From: Nitrospirota bacterium | Lineage (GTDB): Bacteria; Nitrospirota; UBA9217 | DNA length: 64,000 nt | Assembly (NCBI GenBank): GCA_963845065.1 | Contig: CAWJQQ010000009.1 | Span: forward strand, 160,001-224,000 | Direction: 5' to 3' | Shown here: positions 30,101 through 39,044 of the stretch, piece by piece | How positions within the stretch are numbered: position 1 is the first letter of the stretch | Layout: each line of letters opens with the position of its first letter | Program-made: the position numbers and the translations under genes | Notes under the pieces: model-generated | Database searches by the model: none | Seen by the model: the letters and a program-made list of their open reading frames with translations, nothing else | Told to the model about the DNA's origin: nothing

Positions 30101-32806
30101 GTTCCCTAAAGAAGCGAGATGCTGCACGGTAAGGACATCGTCCGGTTTCCGAAGCAACTCCAGGAGAGCGGAAATCAAAGAAGGTATCAGGATAATCGCG
30201 ATCATTGACGCGGTCCAGAACCAGGGTGAAGACAAGATCGCCCAAGCGAGCAATAAAAGGAGCGTCACTGCCGAAGGTACAAGACTGCGCCGAAGGTTGT
30301 CGAAGAGTTTCCATCGGGACAGCAGCGAGAGGGGGTTTTTTTGGTGTTGCCCGGCAATGCCGGGACCAGGGATGACCTGCCGCACCCAAGGCAGAAGCTG
30401 CCAGTCCCCGCGGATCCACCGGTGTCGGCGGCTCACGTCCGCATTGTAGCGGGAAGGATATTCCTCGTACACCATGACGTCACTCAACAGTCCGGCCCGG
30501 GCGTAACATCCTTCGATAAGATCGTGGCTAAGGATCCGGTTCTCGGGGAAACGTTTGTCCAGCGCCCGCTCGAAAGTTTCGACTTCGTAGATTCCCTTCC
30601 CGATAAAGGAACCTTCATGAAAGAGGTCCTGGTAGACATCCGAGACCGCACGCGTATAAGGGTCGATGCCCGGATTGCTCCCGTACATGCGCGCATACCG
30701 AGACCGGTTTGTGCCCGGCAAGCTCACGGCAACCCGTGGCTGAAGGATGCCGTACCCCGCCACAACGCGTTGTTTGTCTTCATCATAAAGCGCACGGTTC
30801 AGAGGATGCGCCATGGCTCCCACAAGCTGTTGTGCCGAATCTCGCGGCAGTTGGGTATCTGTGTCAAGGGTAATCACATACTTTACGTTCAACAACGCCG
30901 CGATATTGCCGACGACAAGGGAGAAACGGTCCCCTACGATGCCGCCGCCGCGCAGAAGGGAATTCAATGCTGCAATTTTCCCCCGCTTACGTTCGTAACC
31001 CATCCAGACGCCCTCCACGGGATTCCATCGGCGCGGACGGTGAAAAAGGAAAAACCTATCGCTGTTATCATTTCCGTACTTTTCATTCAGTTCTTCGATT
31101 CTCTGTTGGGTGAGCAACAGAAGTGGTTCGTCGTCCGGTAGTATTTCCTCTGCCGCGTCCTGAAAATCTGTCAGCAGTCCGAAGTACAGGTTATTGTCAC
31201 GATTTGCCAGGAACCTGACTTCCAGCGCCTCGATCAAGTCCTCGATCCCTGCGGCGCTGATGAGCATGGTCGGGACGATGACTAGAGTTCGCGATTCAGG
31301 CGGAATACCTTTGGAGAAGTCCATTCTCGGTAGCGAATGCGGCGCTACGAGCAAGGTAGCAAACCAGTTCACCACGGCAATTGCCAGATGGCTCGCACAG
31401 AGCAAAGAAAGGATACCCGCTACCAGGAGGAGCCAGGATTCCAGGCCATCAGCATTCGCCTTCGCGACCAAGCCACTGGAAAAAATCGTCGTGATCAGGA
31501 TGATCGTGCCCAGATAGAGGAATAAAGGGAACCGGCTACTCGCCTTTCGAAGGGACTTGGCAACAGATAACCGGACCCCTGCAAGGTGTTCAAGCTGTGC
31601 CAATCCCTTGTCGATCAGGTAGTAGCCTACATGGGCAGTGCGATCGCCTTTGTCTTGAGGTGCGTCTTCATGTGCCGCGCTTTCGCGCGCAAGCCGGATT
31701 GCTTTGACTGCCACCTCCCTTTCCGACAGCCGGCCGCTCCGAGCAATCTTCTCCACCACGTGACGGTAACGGTCACGAGTAGAAAAATCCATTTTGCCGT
31801 AGGTGCCGTGAGTGTCTCCACGCAAGGTCTGCTCGACTACGCTCATCGTCTCGACGAACTCGCGCCAGTCCATCACGCCCAGGAAACGGAGGCTGCCGAT
31901 GCTGTTGCTCATCGTAACCTGATCAGCCGCTTGCTGCTGGTTCTCCGACTGAACCATCTGTTCGATGGTCATGCTGCATTCAGAGAGGTGCTGCTCGATC
32001 CAGGTGAGCGGCATTGCCAGGGCAGGGCCCTGTCCCTGAAGCCGACGGGCAAATTCCGCAACAAACGCACTCTTGAGTGGCGGGTTTGAGCGTGCCATGT
32101 CCGCAATGCCCAGAATGAGACTCTTTGGGTCCTTAGCGGCAACCTCGGCAATCCGGTCCGCCCAATAGCCGGCCAGGTCCCGGTCCATCCGGTCAACAGC
32201 GATTCGAGCCCCGATGCGCCGGAGATTCTCGATCAACGCCAGGCGCAGCATGATCGGGATTGCCCATAATTCTCCCAGCTTCAGGACAGTGACTGTCTGG
32301 TAGGCCGCAAGAAAACTGCTGAGACTTTCCGGGTCTACCCGCCCGTCGCCATGCGAAATCGTCTCCAAGGCTATGTCATACACGCGCGGAAGCCCGGCAG
32401 ATGGTCCATTGAGCAACCGGGGCAGCTCCCGGCTGTAACCCTTCGGCAAGTGTCGCAATGCTGTGCGGATCTGTTCTTCGATCAGATAAAAGTTATCGAG
32501 CAGCCATTCAGCAGCCGGTGTAATCCTGCTATCCGTCTCGACGGCCTCTACAAGCAAACCGCGGGTTCCGGTCAGGATAGCTTCATTCTCAGCCAACCGA
32601 GCCAAAAGCCGGTCTGGAGCGTGACCCGGGGAGAGCGTGTGCAGACCCGCCAAGGTTTTGCCATGCTGCTCCATCTGGTCGCTGCTGAACAATTCCGACC
32701 GCAGCGGCGGCTCGTAGACGGCGCACTTTGCTTTCAGGTCGTTTCCCTGCAGGCGCGCCAGCACAGTGGGCAGGTTCCCGAGAATGGTCTTGTTACTCAA
32801 CTTCAA
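24197..32806 (-). CDS. ndvB: Cyclic beta-1,2-glucan synthase (Cgs/NdvB/ChvB type; GT84 + glucoamylase-like + GH94 domains)
   Basis: 2869 aa; PLRSELFS, GYERKRGK, ILSHDLIEG, RRHRWIRGDWQ, QSGGAFGFRDQLQD, GDWNDGMN and ENGGQYTH motifs. Confidence 0.95.
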   Translation of the reverse strand: MKLSNKTILGNLPTVLARLQGNDLKAKCAVYEPPLRSELFSSDQMEQHGKTLAGLHTLSPGHAPDRLLARLAENEAILTGTRGLLVEAVETDSRITPAAEWLLDNFYLIEEQIRTALRHLPKGYSRELPRLLNGPSAGLPRVYDIALETISHGDGRVDPESLSSFLAAYQTVTVLKLGELWAIPIMLRLALIENLRRIGARIAVDRMDRDLAGYWADRIAEVAAKDPKSLILGIADMARSNPPLKSAFVAEFARRLQGQGPALAMPLTWIEQHLSECSMTIEQMVQSENQQQAADQVTMSNSIGSLRFLGVMDWREFVETMSVVEQTLRGDTHGTYGKMDFSTRDRYRHVVEKIARSGRLSEREVAVKAIRLARESAAHEDAPQDKGDRTAHVGYYLIDKGLAQLEHLAGVRLSVAKSLRKASSRFPLFLYLGTIILITTIFSSGLVAKANADGLESWLLLVAGILSLLCASHLAIAVVNWFATLLVAPHSLPRMDFSKGIPPESRTLVIVPTMLISAAGIEDLIEALEVRFLANRDNNLYFGLLTDFQDAAEEILPDDEPLLLLTQQRIEELNEKYGNDNSDRFFLFHRPRRWNPVEGVWMGYERKRGKIAALNSLLRGGGIVGDRFSLVVGNIAALLNVKYVITLDTDTQLPRDSAQQLVGAMAHPLNRALYDEDKQRVVAGYGILQPRVAVSLPGTNRSRYARMYGSNPGIDPYTRAVSDVYQDLFHEGSFIGKGIYEVETFERALDKRFPENRILSHDLIEGCYARAGLLSDVMVYEEYPSRYNADVSRRHRWIRGDWQLLPWVRQVIPGPGIAGQHQKNPLSLLSRWKLFDNLRRSLVPSAVTLLLLLAWAILSSPWFWTASMIAIILIPSLISALLELLRKPDDVLTVQHLASLGNSMVRNFAQDAFTLACLPYEAFFSLDAISRTVWRVLVTHERLLEWSPSSDPNRKNRTGFASVCRTMWFAPFLSVLMVIYLALSNPAALGAAGLLLVLWFVSPLIAWWISRPLAPHEARLTANQTVFLQMLSRKTWAFFETFVGPEDHWLPPDNYQENPVPVLAHRTSPTNMGLALLANLSALDFGYISTGQFIDRTTNALSTMQTLARYRGHFYNWYDTRSLKPLQPKYVSTVDSGNLAGHLLTLRQGLLALPDQKIVHARLFNGLSDTLNILVDASEIEEPTVLAQLRKDLESAYNFPPATLTAARLCLDELITSADEVLTKIDNSNILPENQAGWWARAFAAQSRAALDELTHVAPSSDHRIDEIPTLRDLSKRGSDNATERILAIERLVLQCDELSRMEYDFLFDRSSHLLAIGYNVDGRRRDTGYYDLLASEARLCNFVGIAQGQLPQESWFALGRLLTNVGGEPILVSWSGSMFEYLMPLLVMPTYEHTLLDETCKAAVARQIEYGRERGVAWGISESGYNTIDAHHNYQYRAFGVPGLGLKRGLADDLVVAPYASALALMVAPEEACLNLQRLAAEGVEGKFGFYEAVDHTLSRLQRGQSSVVVRSFMAHHVGMSFLSLAHLLLDRQMQKRFESDPLFQATLLLLQERVPRATAFYSQIADRSDSYAAPPGMEASVRVFSSPDTLSPQVQLLSNGRYHVMITNAGGGYSHWKDIAVTRWQEDITRDDWGTFCYIRDAGSGEFWSTAHQPALKRSKNYEAIFSEGRAEFRRRDHDFDTHTEIAVSPEDDIELRRITITNRTRAQREIEVTSYAEVVLASPAGDALHPAFSNLFVQTEIIDQRQAILCTRRPRSQDEHEPWMFHLMAVHGAGINEVSYETDRLQFIGRGRTVADPQAMVRSGALSGSQGSVLDPIVAIRYRITLEPETSATINIVTGIGETRDISMSLVEKYQDRRLADRVFDLAWTHSQVLLRQINATEADAQLYGRLAGSVLYANSSLRVDPGVILRNHRGQSGLWGYSISGDLPIVLLRIEDPANIDLVRQLVQAHAYWRLKGLAVDLVIWNEDHAGYRQLLQEQIMGLIAAGVEANVVERPGGIFVRPVDQISNEDRILLQTVARAVITDSLGSLEDQVSRRALAKALAPRLIPKRIHKLETGAAAVMARNDLLFFNGLGGFTPDGREYIITTAAEQKTPAPWVNVLANPHFGTIISESGAAYTWSENAHEFRLTPWNNDPISDSGGETFYLRDEESGHFWSPLPLPDCGIMHYVTRHGFGYSVFEHMEDGISSEVWVYVAMDASIKFTAMKVKNSSGRPRRLSAFGYVEWVLGDLRPKTSMQVITEIDPKTGAIFARNPYNSEFVDRTAFFDAGEATRTVTGDRTEFLGRNGVLRRPAAITRTRLSGRVGAALDPCAAIQVPFDLTDGQEREIIYRLGAGRNSDDAGNLVRRFRGSVAARGALEKVWEYWNHTLGAVQVETPDLSVNMLANGWLVYQTLACRLWARSGYYQSGGAFGFRDQLQDVMALILSEPRLVREHLLLCAAHQFKEGDVQHWWHPPTGRGVRTRCSDDFLWLPLAVCRYVLLTGDTGVLDETVRFIEGRPINPDEDSYYDLPHASEETASLYDHCVRAILRGLTRGEHGLPLIGSGDWNDGMNLVGIQGRGESVWLGFFLYEVLVRFSDIALLHGDPSFAERSRKEAEQLRGNIEKHGWDGEWYMRAFFDDGSPLGSADNPECRVDSIAQSWSVLSGAGDMGRSRTAMESVDKLLVRREHNLIQLLDPPFDKSNLNPGYIKGYVPGVRENGGQYTHAAIWTAMAFAALGDSRRAWDLLAMINPINHAKSAEEIAVYKGEPYVAAADVYAVPPHVGRGGWTWYTGSAGWMYRLIVESLLGLRLETDSLRFEPCLPKEWDSFMVHYRYRETIYHITVLQLRDNSMASVIVDGALQSRNEISFVDDRQEHKVEVRIPI

Positions 32807-33204
32807 TGGATACGCTCCTTATGAAAAGAAAATGTCTCGCAAAGAAAAGCTGAAAACAATTCTTTCTTTAACCTTCGCGCCTTGGCGGTTCCAAGATTAT
32901 TGGCTCCGGCTTGTATGGATAGATGCCTGACTTGAAATTGCTCAAAAAGAGGGGTGAATTCGGAACCGTCTGAATCTGCGCTTCTCTAGAGTGTTCAAAC
33001 ATCATACATTGTATTGAACAGAATAGCTTTAACTCGTTTTATGATAATAAAAGTGTGAACCTCCGCATACTGGACGAAGGGCCATTTTTTACTGAGATAC
33101 CCTGCCAGGAGATGTTTATTCTATCTAAATCATAGTACATGCTGAATAGAGGGAAGAGTTTGAGAAACCGTAGGTTGAGATATGCTTTGTAACACTTGCA
33201 GGAA

Positions 33205-33313
33205 CTATTCTGCACCTTCGAAAAAATAAAACTATCGCGGACTTCAGGATGTAGTCCATGTTTTATTTTACGCTTCGCGTTATAGAGAAATAAGGTAGAA
33301 CTCGATGCTAAGC
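33205..33313. repeat. Degenerate repeat copy abutting an attC-like right half
   Basis: ATTCTGCACCTTC as in copy B; ends at GTAGAAC (33301); minus strand reads GCTTAGC-ATCGA-GTTCTAC. Confidence 0.4.
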
Positions 33314-33379
33314 TGGTCACGAAAAGCGTTTACAATACTTGTAACTTTAAATACTGACTACTACAGCTACTCTTTACGT

Positions 33380-34060
33380 TTACTTTTTCCCGATTACAAC
33401 TCCAAATTTCCAATACTTATAAATACAATCAACATCTCTGAAACCTACCTTCTTTAATTTATTAATCTCGTTTTCAATTGACGTTTCTTTATCTAATTTT
33501 CTTCTCTTTCTCCAAGATTCAAAATCAACTTTTTTAACGTCCGATAAATTTACCAAGATGGTCTTAACCCAGATATCTTCAAATTTCTTTTCAACACGGT
33601 TATTCTCAGATTTGTATTGATCAATGTTTAAAAAATATCCGTTCTTATCCAATGAAGAATAAACATTCTTATACAATTTAAGTTTTTCACTGTCAGTTAA
33701 ATGATGAATTGAGAGTGCTGAGGCAATAAGATCATATTTATCCTCTGGCAATTTTCTTGAATAATCTTCTGTTAAGAAATCGAAATTTGACAAATGTCTA
33801 AATCGTTCTTTCGCAATGGAGAGCATTTCATCCGAAATGTCGATGAGTGTATATTTAGACCTTGGAAAATATTGGTATAGATATTGTGATAAAAGGCCAG
33901 TCCCAGCTCCTAAATCAAGAATCCTTTTAAACGTTTTTGATGATAAATAAATAATGCCGGATTGGTAATAATCCTCAAAAAATGGAAGAAATAATTTTCT
34001 CTGCGAATCATATTTTTTGGAGGCAGAATTGAACTGAGTTACTATTTCTGATTTATTCAT
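33380..34060 (-). CDS. Class I SAM-dependent methyltransferase
   Basis: ILDLGAGTG and YDLIASALSIHHL motifs; markedly AT-rich; perfect GTTRRRY core (GTTGGGC, 34136-34130) upstream. Confidence 0.9.
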   Translation of the reverse strand: MNKSEIVTQFNSASKKYDSQRKLFLPFFEDYYQSGIIYLSSKTFKRILDLGAGTGLLSQYLYQYFPRSKYTLIDISDEMLSIAKERFRHLSNFDFLTEDYSRKLPEDKYDLIASALSIHHLTDSEKLKLYKNVYSSLDKNGYFLNIDQYKSENNRVEKKFEDIWVKTILVNLSDVKKVDFESWRKRRKLDKETSIENEINKLKKVGFRDVDCIYKYWKFGVVIGKK

Positions 34061-34194
34061 AGTACTTTTTATTTATTTTGATAATTGGAATTCCGACTTT
34101 ATTCCCCTAGTTGCTTGATTGTATGCCAGGCCCAACATTAAGTCAATTATTCAGAAAAGTGAAATAATAATTTCGGAACGAAACCTGAAATTAT

Positions 34195-34362
34195 TTCGAA
34201 GGATGGCAACTACAACTAGTAGAGGAAGCAGTCTTGATTAAAAACTTAATAAGGTATATGTCACCTCATCTATGGCCGGGCGCGCCGCGAAGGCACCTAC
34301 AAGTCTACAGCATGGAGCGACATATGGGAGATGAAGAATATTGGTTGAAAGTTACACTATCG
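34195..34362. repeat. Dispersed non-coding repeat family, copy H
   Basis: CGAAGGATGGCAACTACAA...AGGA.G.AGTC.TTGA matches 1133-1185; CACCTCAT at 34262, CTACAAG at 34297, CAC at 34355. Confidence 0.7.
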
Positions 34363-34418
34363 TAAGATACGTCGATGAACTCTTTAAATGTATCGGTTGA
34401 GAATTAAATCATTAGAGT

Positions 34419-34937
34419 TTAGTCACCACAGTCAAACCTTACTACCGTCCATGAGATAGCGTCATTCGAAACAGTAAATGTAAGTTCGATGGTTCCCACA
34501 ACATGTCCGTCGTCATATTCTGCAATTACGCGGTTTTTACTTAAAACAGCTATTCCATTTGGGTTATAAAATCCTGGAGTGCCGCCGACAAAACCTTTGC
34601 ATGGAATTAATTCATTATGTTTCATCAAATCTTCAGATAAATCTTTTATCGGATCATGAAGCCCCTGTTCGATAAGAAACTGGCGGTCTGCTTCTGGCAG
34701 TTGTTTCTTTCTGCCTTGACTCGGTTCTTTGGTCAAAGGGACTTGAATAGATTCTGGTAGATTCGTACTTATGGGAGCACTCTCAATAGCTGGTGACACT
34801 TGTCGTGGTACTTTTTTGATGGATATTTGGTAATGTTTTACACGTACTACCACGACAAATACCATTAAAAGAAAGCATATAACAATGATAGCTCTCTTCA
34901 TAAAACAAGCTGGTCGCTTTTTTTTGTTGGTTTTCAT
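34419..34937 (-). CDS. Hypothetical membrane-anchored protein
   Basis: 172-aa ORF with N-terminal TM helix; C-terminal LIP..G.VGGT.GF ... AEYDDGH..G. Confidence 0.7.
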   Translation of the reverse strand: MKTNKKKRPACFMKRAIIVICFLLMVFVVVVRVKHYQISIKKVPRQVSPAIESAPISTNLPESIQVPLTKEPSQGRKKQLPEADRQFLIEQGLHDPIKDLSEDLMKHNELIPCKGFVGGTPGFYNPNGIAVLSKNRVIAEYDDGHVVGTIELTFTVSNDAISWTVVRFDCGD

Positions 34938-35444
34938 TATAATTATTCTACTTCAAGGATCTTAGCGATCCGACCGGTACCTAAGAGGTCTCAACTGCAT
35001 ACGACCATACGGGGTGAGCGCCACGAATCTCCATAATGTCACTTCAGTCGTTTCAGTTCCGATGCCGCGCCGGCGTATTCGAAGTAGTCTGGTGGACATT
35101 CGCTTTCCACTCACCACTGACCCAAGCGAGAATGGCTCGACAGCCCTGATTAGACCTGCGTTTTTCCTTTGGTGTAGGTTCTGTAATCGTCCACGTTGAA
35201 AGAAGGTCCGGATTTTCTATTAATTCCTTTTCATCTGTAAAGTCTATTTACCGGCTAGGCCATGGATATCGCACGTAAATCAGGAAGCATATTCCCAGAC
35301 TTGCCATCATAAACACCACATAAGGTAATTTGAATACCCTGCGCTGTTACAGATTTAATGACGGGCTTTCCTATATAAAAAGAGGCAGCTTTCCAGCTAC
35401 CCCATTATAAGTTTATGCCGATAACTTGCTGCGTAATCCGATGG

Positions 35445-36941
35445 TTAAAAAGTTACTGTCAGTATTGCCGTGTCAGAAGTGATTCCCGAGAAACTCGCGG
35501 TAATGTTCGTAGAATCGGGAAGAGGGCTGACTAAGGAAATAGTTGCCAATCCTTTGGTACCCGTTATATTGCTAATGGTAGCTACTGACGTATTTGACGA
35601 AACCCACGTAACCGATGCAGTCAAGTCTTGCAGGCTTCCATTGGTAAAAGTACCTGTTGCCGTAAACTGCTGTGTTGTTTTACCGGCGGCAAGTGAAATC
35701 GCGGCAGAAGCCGGCGATACTGTGATTGACACCAGTGCAGCCGGAGTTATTGTAAGCGTTGCGCTATTGGAGGTAATTCCTGATAAACTCGCTGTAATGG
35801 CAGTCGTTCCCTGCCCAACAGATATGGCCAGTCCTTTTGAACTTGAGATATTGCTGATGGTTGCGACGCTGGGTTGTGACGCATTCCAGGTCACTAAAGA
35901 TGTGATGTCAGGCATGCTGCCGTCTGAGTACGACGCGATCGCTCTATACTGTTGAGTCAGTCCGAGGGAGATGCTCTGGGTAATTGGCGTTATTGCAATG
36001 GACTGCAGAACCGGTTGGGTCACCGTGAGCACGGCAACAGGTGATGAGGTGACATTATCGAAAACAGCAGCGATGTTCGTGGTTCCAACTGCAAGAGCAG
36101 TGGCGAGCCCGTTTGATCCAGTTGCATTGCTGATCGTGGAGACAGACGTGCTCGATGAATTCCAGGTCGCCCACGTGGTCAGACTCTGCGTATTGCTGTC
36201 CATTAACGTTCCAGTTGCTGTAAACTGCTGTGTAAATCCTTGGAGCACGTTTACGGTGATCGGCGCCACCGCAATTGCTTGCACAGGGGAAGAGGTAAGC
36301 GTTGCTGAGCCGGTAACCCCGTCGAACCCAGCCTGAATAGTTGCCTGTCCGGAAGTGGAACCGGCAGTAGCCAGGCCCTTCGAACCAGCCGCATCGCTGA
36401 CTGTCCCACTTCCTGTATTCAAAGCCGTCCAGGTGGCAAAGGGTGTAAGGTTCTGAGTCATACTACCGCCGGCAAGGGCCCCCGTGGCAGTAAACTGCTG
36501 CGTGGTGCCAGGAGCGATGCTGGCCGGAGTTGACGGCGTTACCGCAATCGATGACACGTGCTGTGCGCTTAAGGTGGTCGTGCCTATAATGCTGCTCGAA
36601 ACTGCGGTGATCGTTGTCGTTCCTATGCTCGCCAGCGCCGTTGCTAGGCCCGGTGATCCAACGGCGTTGCTGATGGTCGCGACACTGGTATTTGTGGAAT
36701 TCCATGTTGCAGTCGTTGTAATGTTCTGTATGCTGCCATTCGAGAACGTACCCGTGGCTGTGAGTTGCGCGGTGGTCCCGGGGGCAATGCTCGAGTTTGC
36801 AGGTGTCACTGATATAGAAACAAGTATAACAGGAGGGCCTGGGGTTGACCCGGCGGGTCCGCAGCCCTGCAGAAAAATCGAAAAAAGCATTGCTGTAGTT
36901 GCCAGGCTGATGTTGATCCGTGCTCGAAGCCTCTTATTCAT
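35445..36941 (-). CDS. Lipoprotein with about 5 bacterial Ig-like group 2 (Big_2) repeats
   Basis: Lipobox LQGC; repeated SI.VTP...G.TQQFTATGT...W.SSNTSVATISN..G..GLAT. Confidence 0.88.
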   Translation of the reverse strand: MNKRLRARINISLATTAMLFSIFLQGCGPAGSTPGPPVILVSISVTPANSSIAPGTTAQLTATGTFSNGSIQNITTTATWNSTNTSVATISNAVGSPGLATALASIGTTTITAVSSSIIGTTTLSAQHVSSIAVTPSTPASIAPGTTQQFTATGALAGGSMTQNLTPFATWTALNTGSGTVSDAAGSKGLATAGSTSGQATIQAGFDGVTGSATLTSSPVQAIAVAPITVNVLQGFTQQFTATGTLMDSNTQSLTTWATWNSSSTSVSTISNATGSNGLATALAVGTTNIAAVFDNVTSSPVAVLTVTQPVLQSIAITPITQSISLGLTQQYRAIASYSDGSMPDITSLVTWNASQPSVATISNISSSKGLAISVGQGTTAITASLSGITSNSATLTITPAALVSITVSPASAAISLAAGKTTQQFTATGTFTNGSLQDLTASVTWVSSNTSVATISNITGTKGLATISLVSPLPDSTNITASFSGITSDTAILTVTF

Positions 36942-37325
36942 GACCCATCTCCGACAAGTGCAGTAGTAATTATAGCAGCTTCTTTGGCTTAACGCGAATG
37001 TTGACAACAACAAGCTGCTGCTATCTTCTGCATATCCACCCGTTGCAGTCCTATGCAGCAACGGCAAGGGCCTCCCATCGCCACTAACATACTTTGTGAA
37101 TAGATTTCCGTTTAACGACTGCCAACTCGTGATTATCATCATTGACCTGTTTATACAATTGCCAGCCCACGCGTCTCTACTTTGATACCTTGTTTACAGT
37201 GCCGCGACCTGACTCAGTCCAGTAGATACTGGTGGAATCGACGCAATATTTTGGGGGAAAAACAGTCCTGAGGCGACGGTCGTAAATGTCCCTCCGTTTA
37301 TCCCGACTTTACTTATTACTCCGCT

Positions 37326-38168
37326 ATGTCTGTAGACCACCTCGATAAAATAACTATGGGTAGCGATCTCGGAGTAGTGGTCAACGTAGCTTTAAGTGAC
37401 GGCACAAAGCATGACTTTATCGAGGGACAAAAGAAAAATCTTCTCAAAAAGGAATGGCGTCGAAAGCGTTATCAAAAGCAGATAGCACGCTGCGCGAAAA
37501 AATCCGGGCGCTGGAAAAAGAAGGTCGAGAAAGCAGCACGCTGCCACCAGTATGCTGCTCATGTTCGAGAAGATTTCGCCCATAAGACAAGCAGAACAAT
37601 TGTTGATTCCGATGCTGAAATATTCGTATTCGAGGACCTTAAAACCAGGAATATGACGAAGGCGCCAAAACCCAATAAATCGGCTAACGGCAAGTATTTG
37701 CCAAACGGCGCCGCGGCAAAGGCCGGGCTCAATAGGGCCATTCTAGAATCGGCCTGGGGGAAAATAAAGCAGTTTGTCTTATACAAAGCAAGGAGGGCCA
37801 ATAAGCTTGTAATAATGGTACCACCGCAGGGCACATCGCAGGAGTGTTCGAAGTGTTCGCACACTCACCCGGACAATCGCCGCTCTCAGGCCTTGTTCGT
37901 ATGCCAACAATGCGGCTTTACTGGAAACGCAGACATCAACGCTGCTAACATTATTAAAAAGAGAGGGATCAAACTGTTAGTAGAGGGAGAAATTTTAGTA
38001 AAGCAGACAAAGCGTGCTATGCGGTTAAGAAAAAAGAAACACCTAGGGCCGGAACAGCCCGAAGTAACGCGCGGGGAGATGGAATTAGACGAGTTGCGGG
38101 CCACTGTCTGCAGCGCGCATCCGTCATCGAATCGTGAAACCCCCACTACAATTGCGCAAGCTGTTTAG
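37326..38168 (+). pseudogene. tnpB: 5'-truncated TnpB (IS200/IS605 RNA-guided nuclease)
   Basis: GSDLGV (RuvC-I), FEDL (RuvC-II), TSQECSKC...F.CQQCG...ADINAANII (Zn finger/RuvC-III); the N-terminal region is missing. Confidence 0.85.
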
Positions 38169-38184
38169 TGGCGGGAGAGTCCAT
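38040..38184 (+). ncRNA. Putative TnpB omega/reRNA scaffold and right end
   Basis: Positional inference; terminal GAAACCCCCACTA...TAGTGGCGGGAGAGTCCAT hairpin. Confidence 0.5.
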
Positions 38185-38426
38185 ATAACTGGTTGCAACT
38201 GGCGCATGAGCGCCGCCTAGATAGGGCCTCGTTGGGATCATTGGGACTTTGGATTGCTTTTCAATGAGACTCTCGTTCTGCGAATGGTTGCAAAATATAT
38301 AGCTGGCATTAACGAAAACAATATCCAATTGACGAAAAGCCACTTAATTCATAGGCGGACTACGAGGTGTCCACGTTGTTGAATGGGTATTTGCAGAGTA
38401 GTATGTCAGCGAATTTGGAGTGGAAC

Positions 38427-38648
38427 TCAAGAAGATCGTTTCAATTGTTTTTTTATAACAGAGAGCTCTTTAGCATATTGTGCATGCCGTTCCGCTATAG
38501 GTTTGGCAAGTTCTTTTTTCATAAACTCAACAGCTTCCTCAGGTGACTTAAACGAATTAATCTTGTCCACGGCCGCATCCAAAAAAAGCATCATGGACGT
38601 TGTGTCGTCGATGTTCTCTACTTTGATTATTTTCTCTATCATCGCCAT
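38427..38648 (-). CDS. Small hypothetical protein
   Basis: 73-aa ORF with plausible helical composition; no family recognised. Confidence 0.45.
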   Translation of the reverse strand: MAMIEKIIKVENIDDTTSMMLFLDAAVDKINSFKSPEEAVEFMKKELAKPIAERHAQYAKELSVIKKQLKRSS

Positions 38649-38704
38649 GCTTGAAATATATCACACTTTTTGCCTATAAGCTTCACGCTTAAATATGACA
38701 GATA

Positions 38705-38858
38705 CCTATATCACAAAATGCCCTTTATATGATTATCATGATATAAGATGAATTCCGAACCTTCGCTAATATTATATGAAACTCGACTTCACCTACTATT
38801 TTGCAACGGCGACCGATAAATAGGAGATGCAAAAAACTTGTTAAAAATTCTACATGAC
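38705..38858. repeat. Dispersed non-coding repeat family, copy I
   Basis: ATGAATTC.G.ACCTTC.CTAATATTATATGAAACTCG.CTTCACCTAC is near-identical to 1209-1257; TACATGAC at 38851. Confidence 0.8.
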
Positions 38859-39044
38859 TGGCCAGGTGGGCGGTTCAATCGGTCATCCCAAATGGTTAGC
38901 TTAATGTTGGTTTTCTCAACTTTGCCCGGCTCAGGTGACTATAAGGACGCTAGGGCTCAAAATTCATCTCTTATGGGTAGGATCAATCAAAGAAAGATCT
39001 CCTGAAATGCCAGCGCAGGTTGTCGATGTTGCTTCGCGGAAAGT

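Noticed and set aside
35400..35424. Sigma28 promoter (GCCGATAA)
   Set aside because: No -35 element at the proper spacing, and it points into the 3' end of a convergent gene.
191..38858. Dispersed repeat as a small protein family (H-x11-YK frame)
   Set aside because: Stops and frame-breaking indels occur in most copies, and residues are not conserved.
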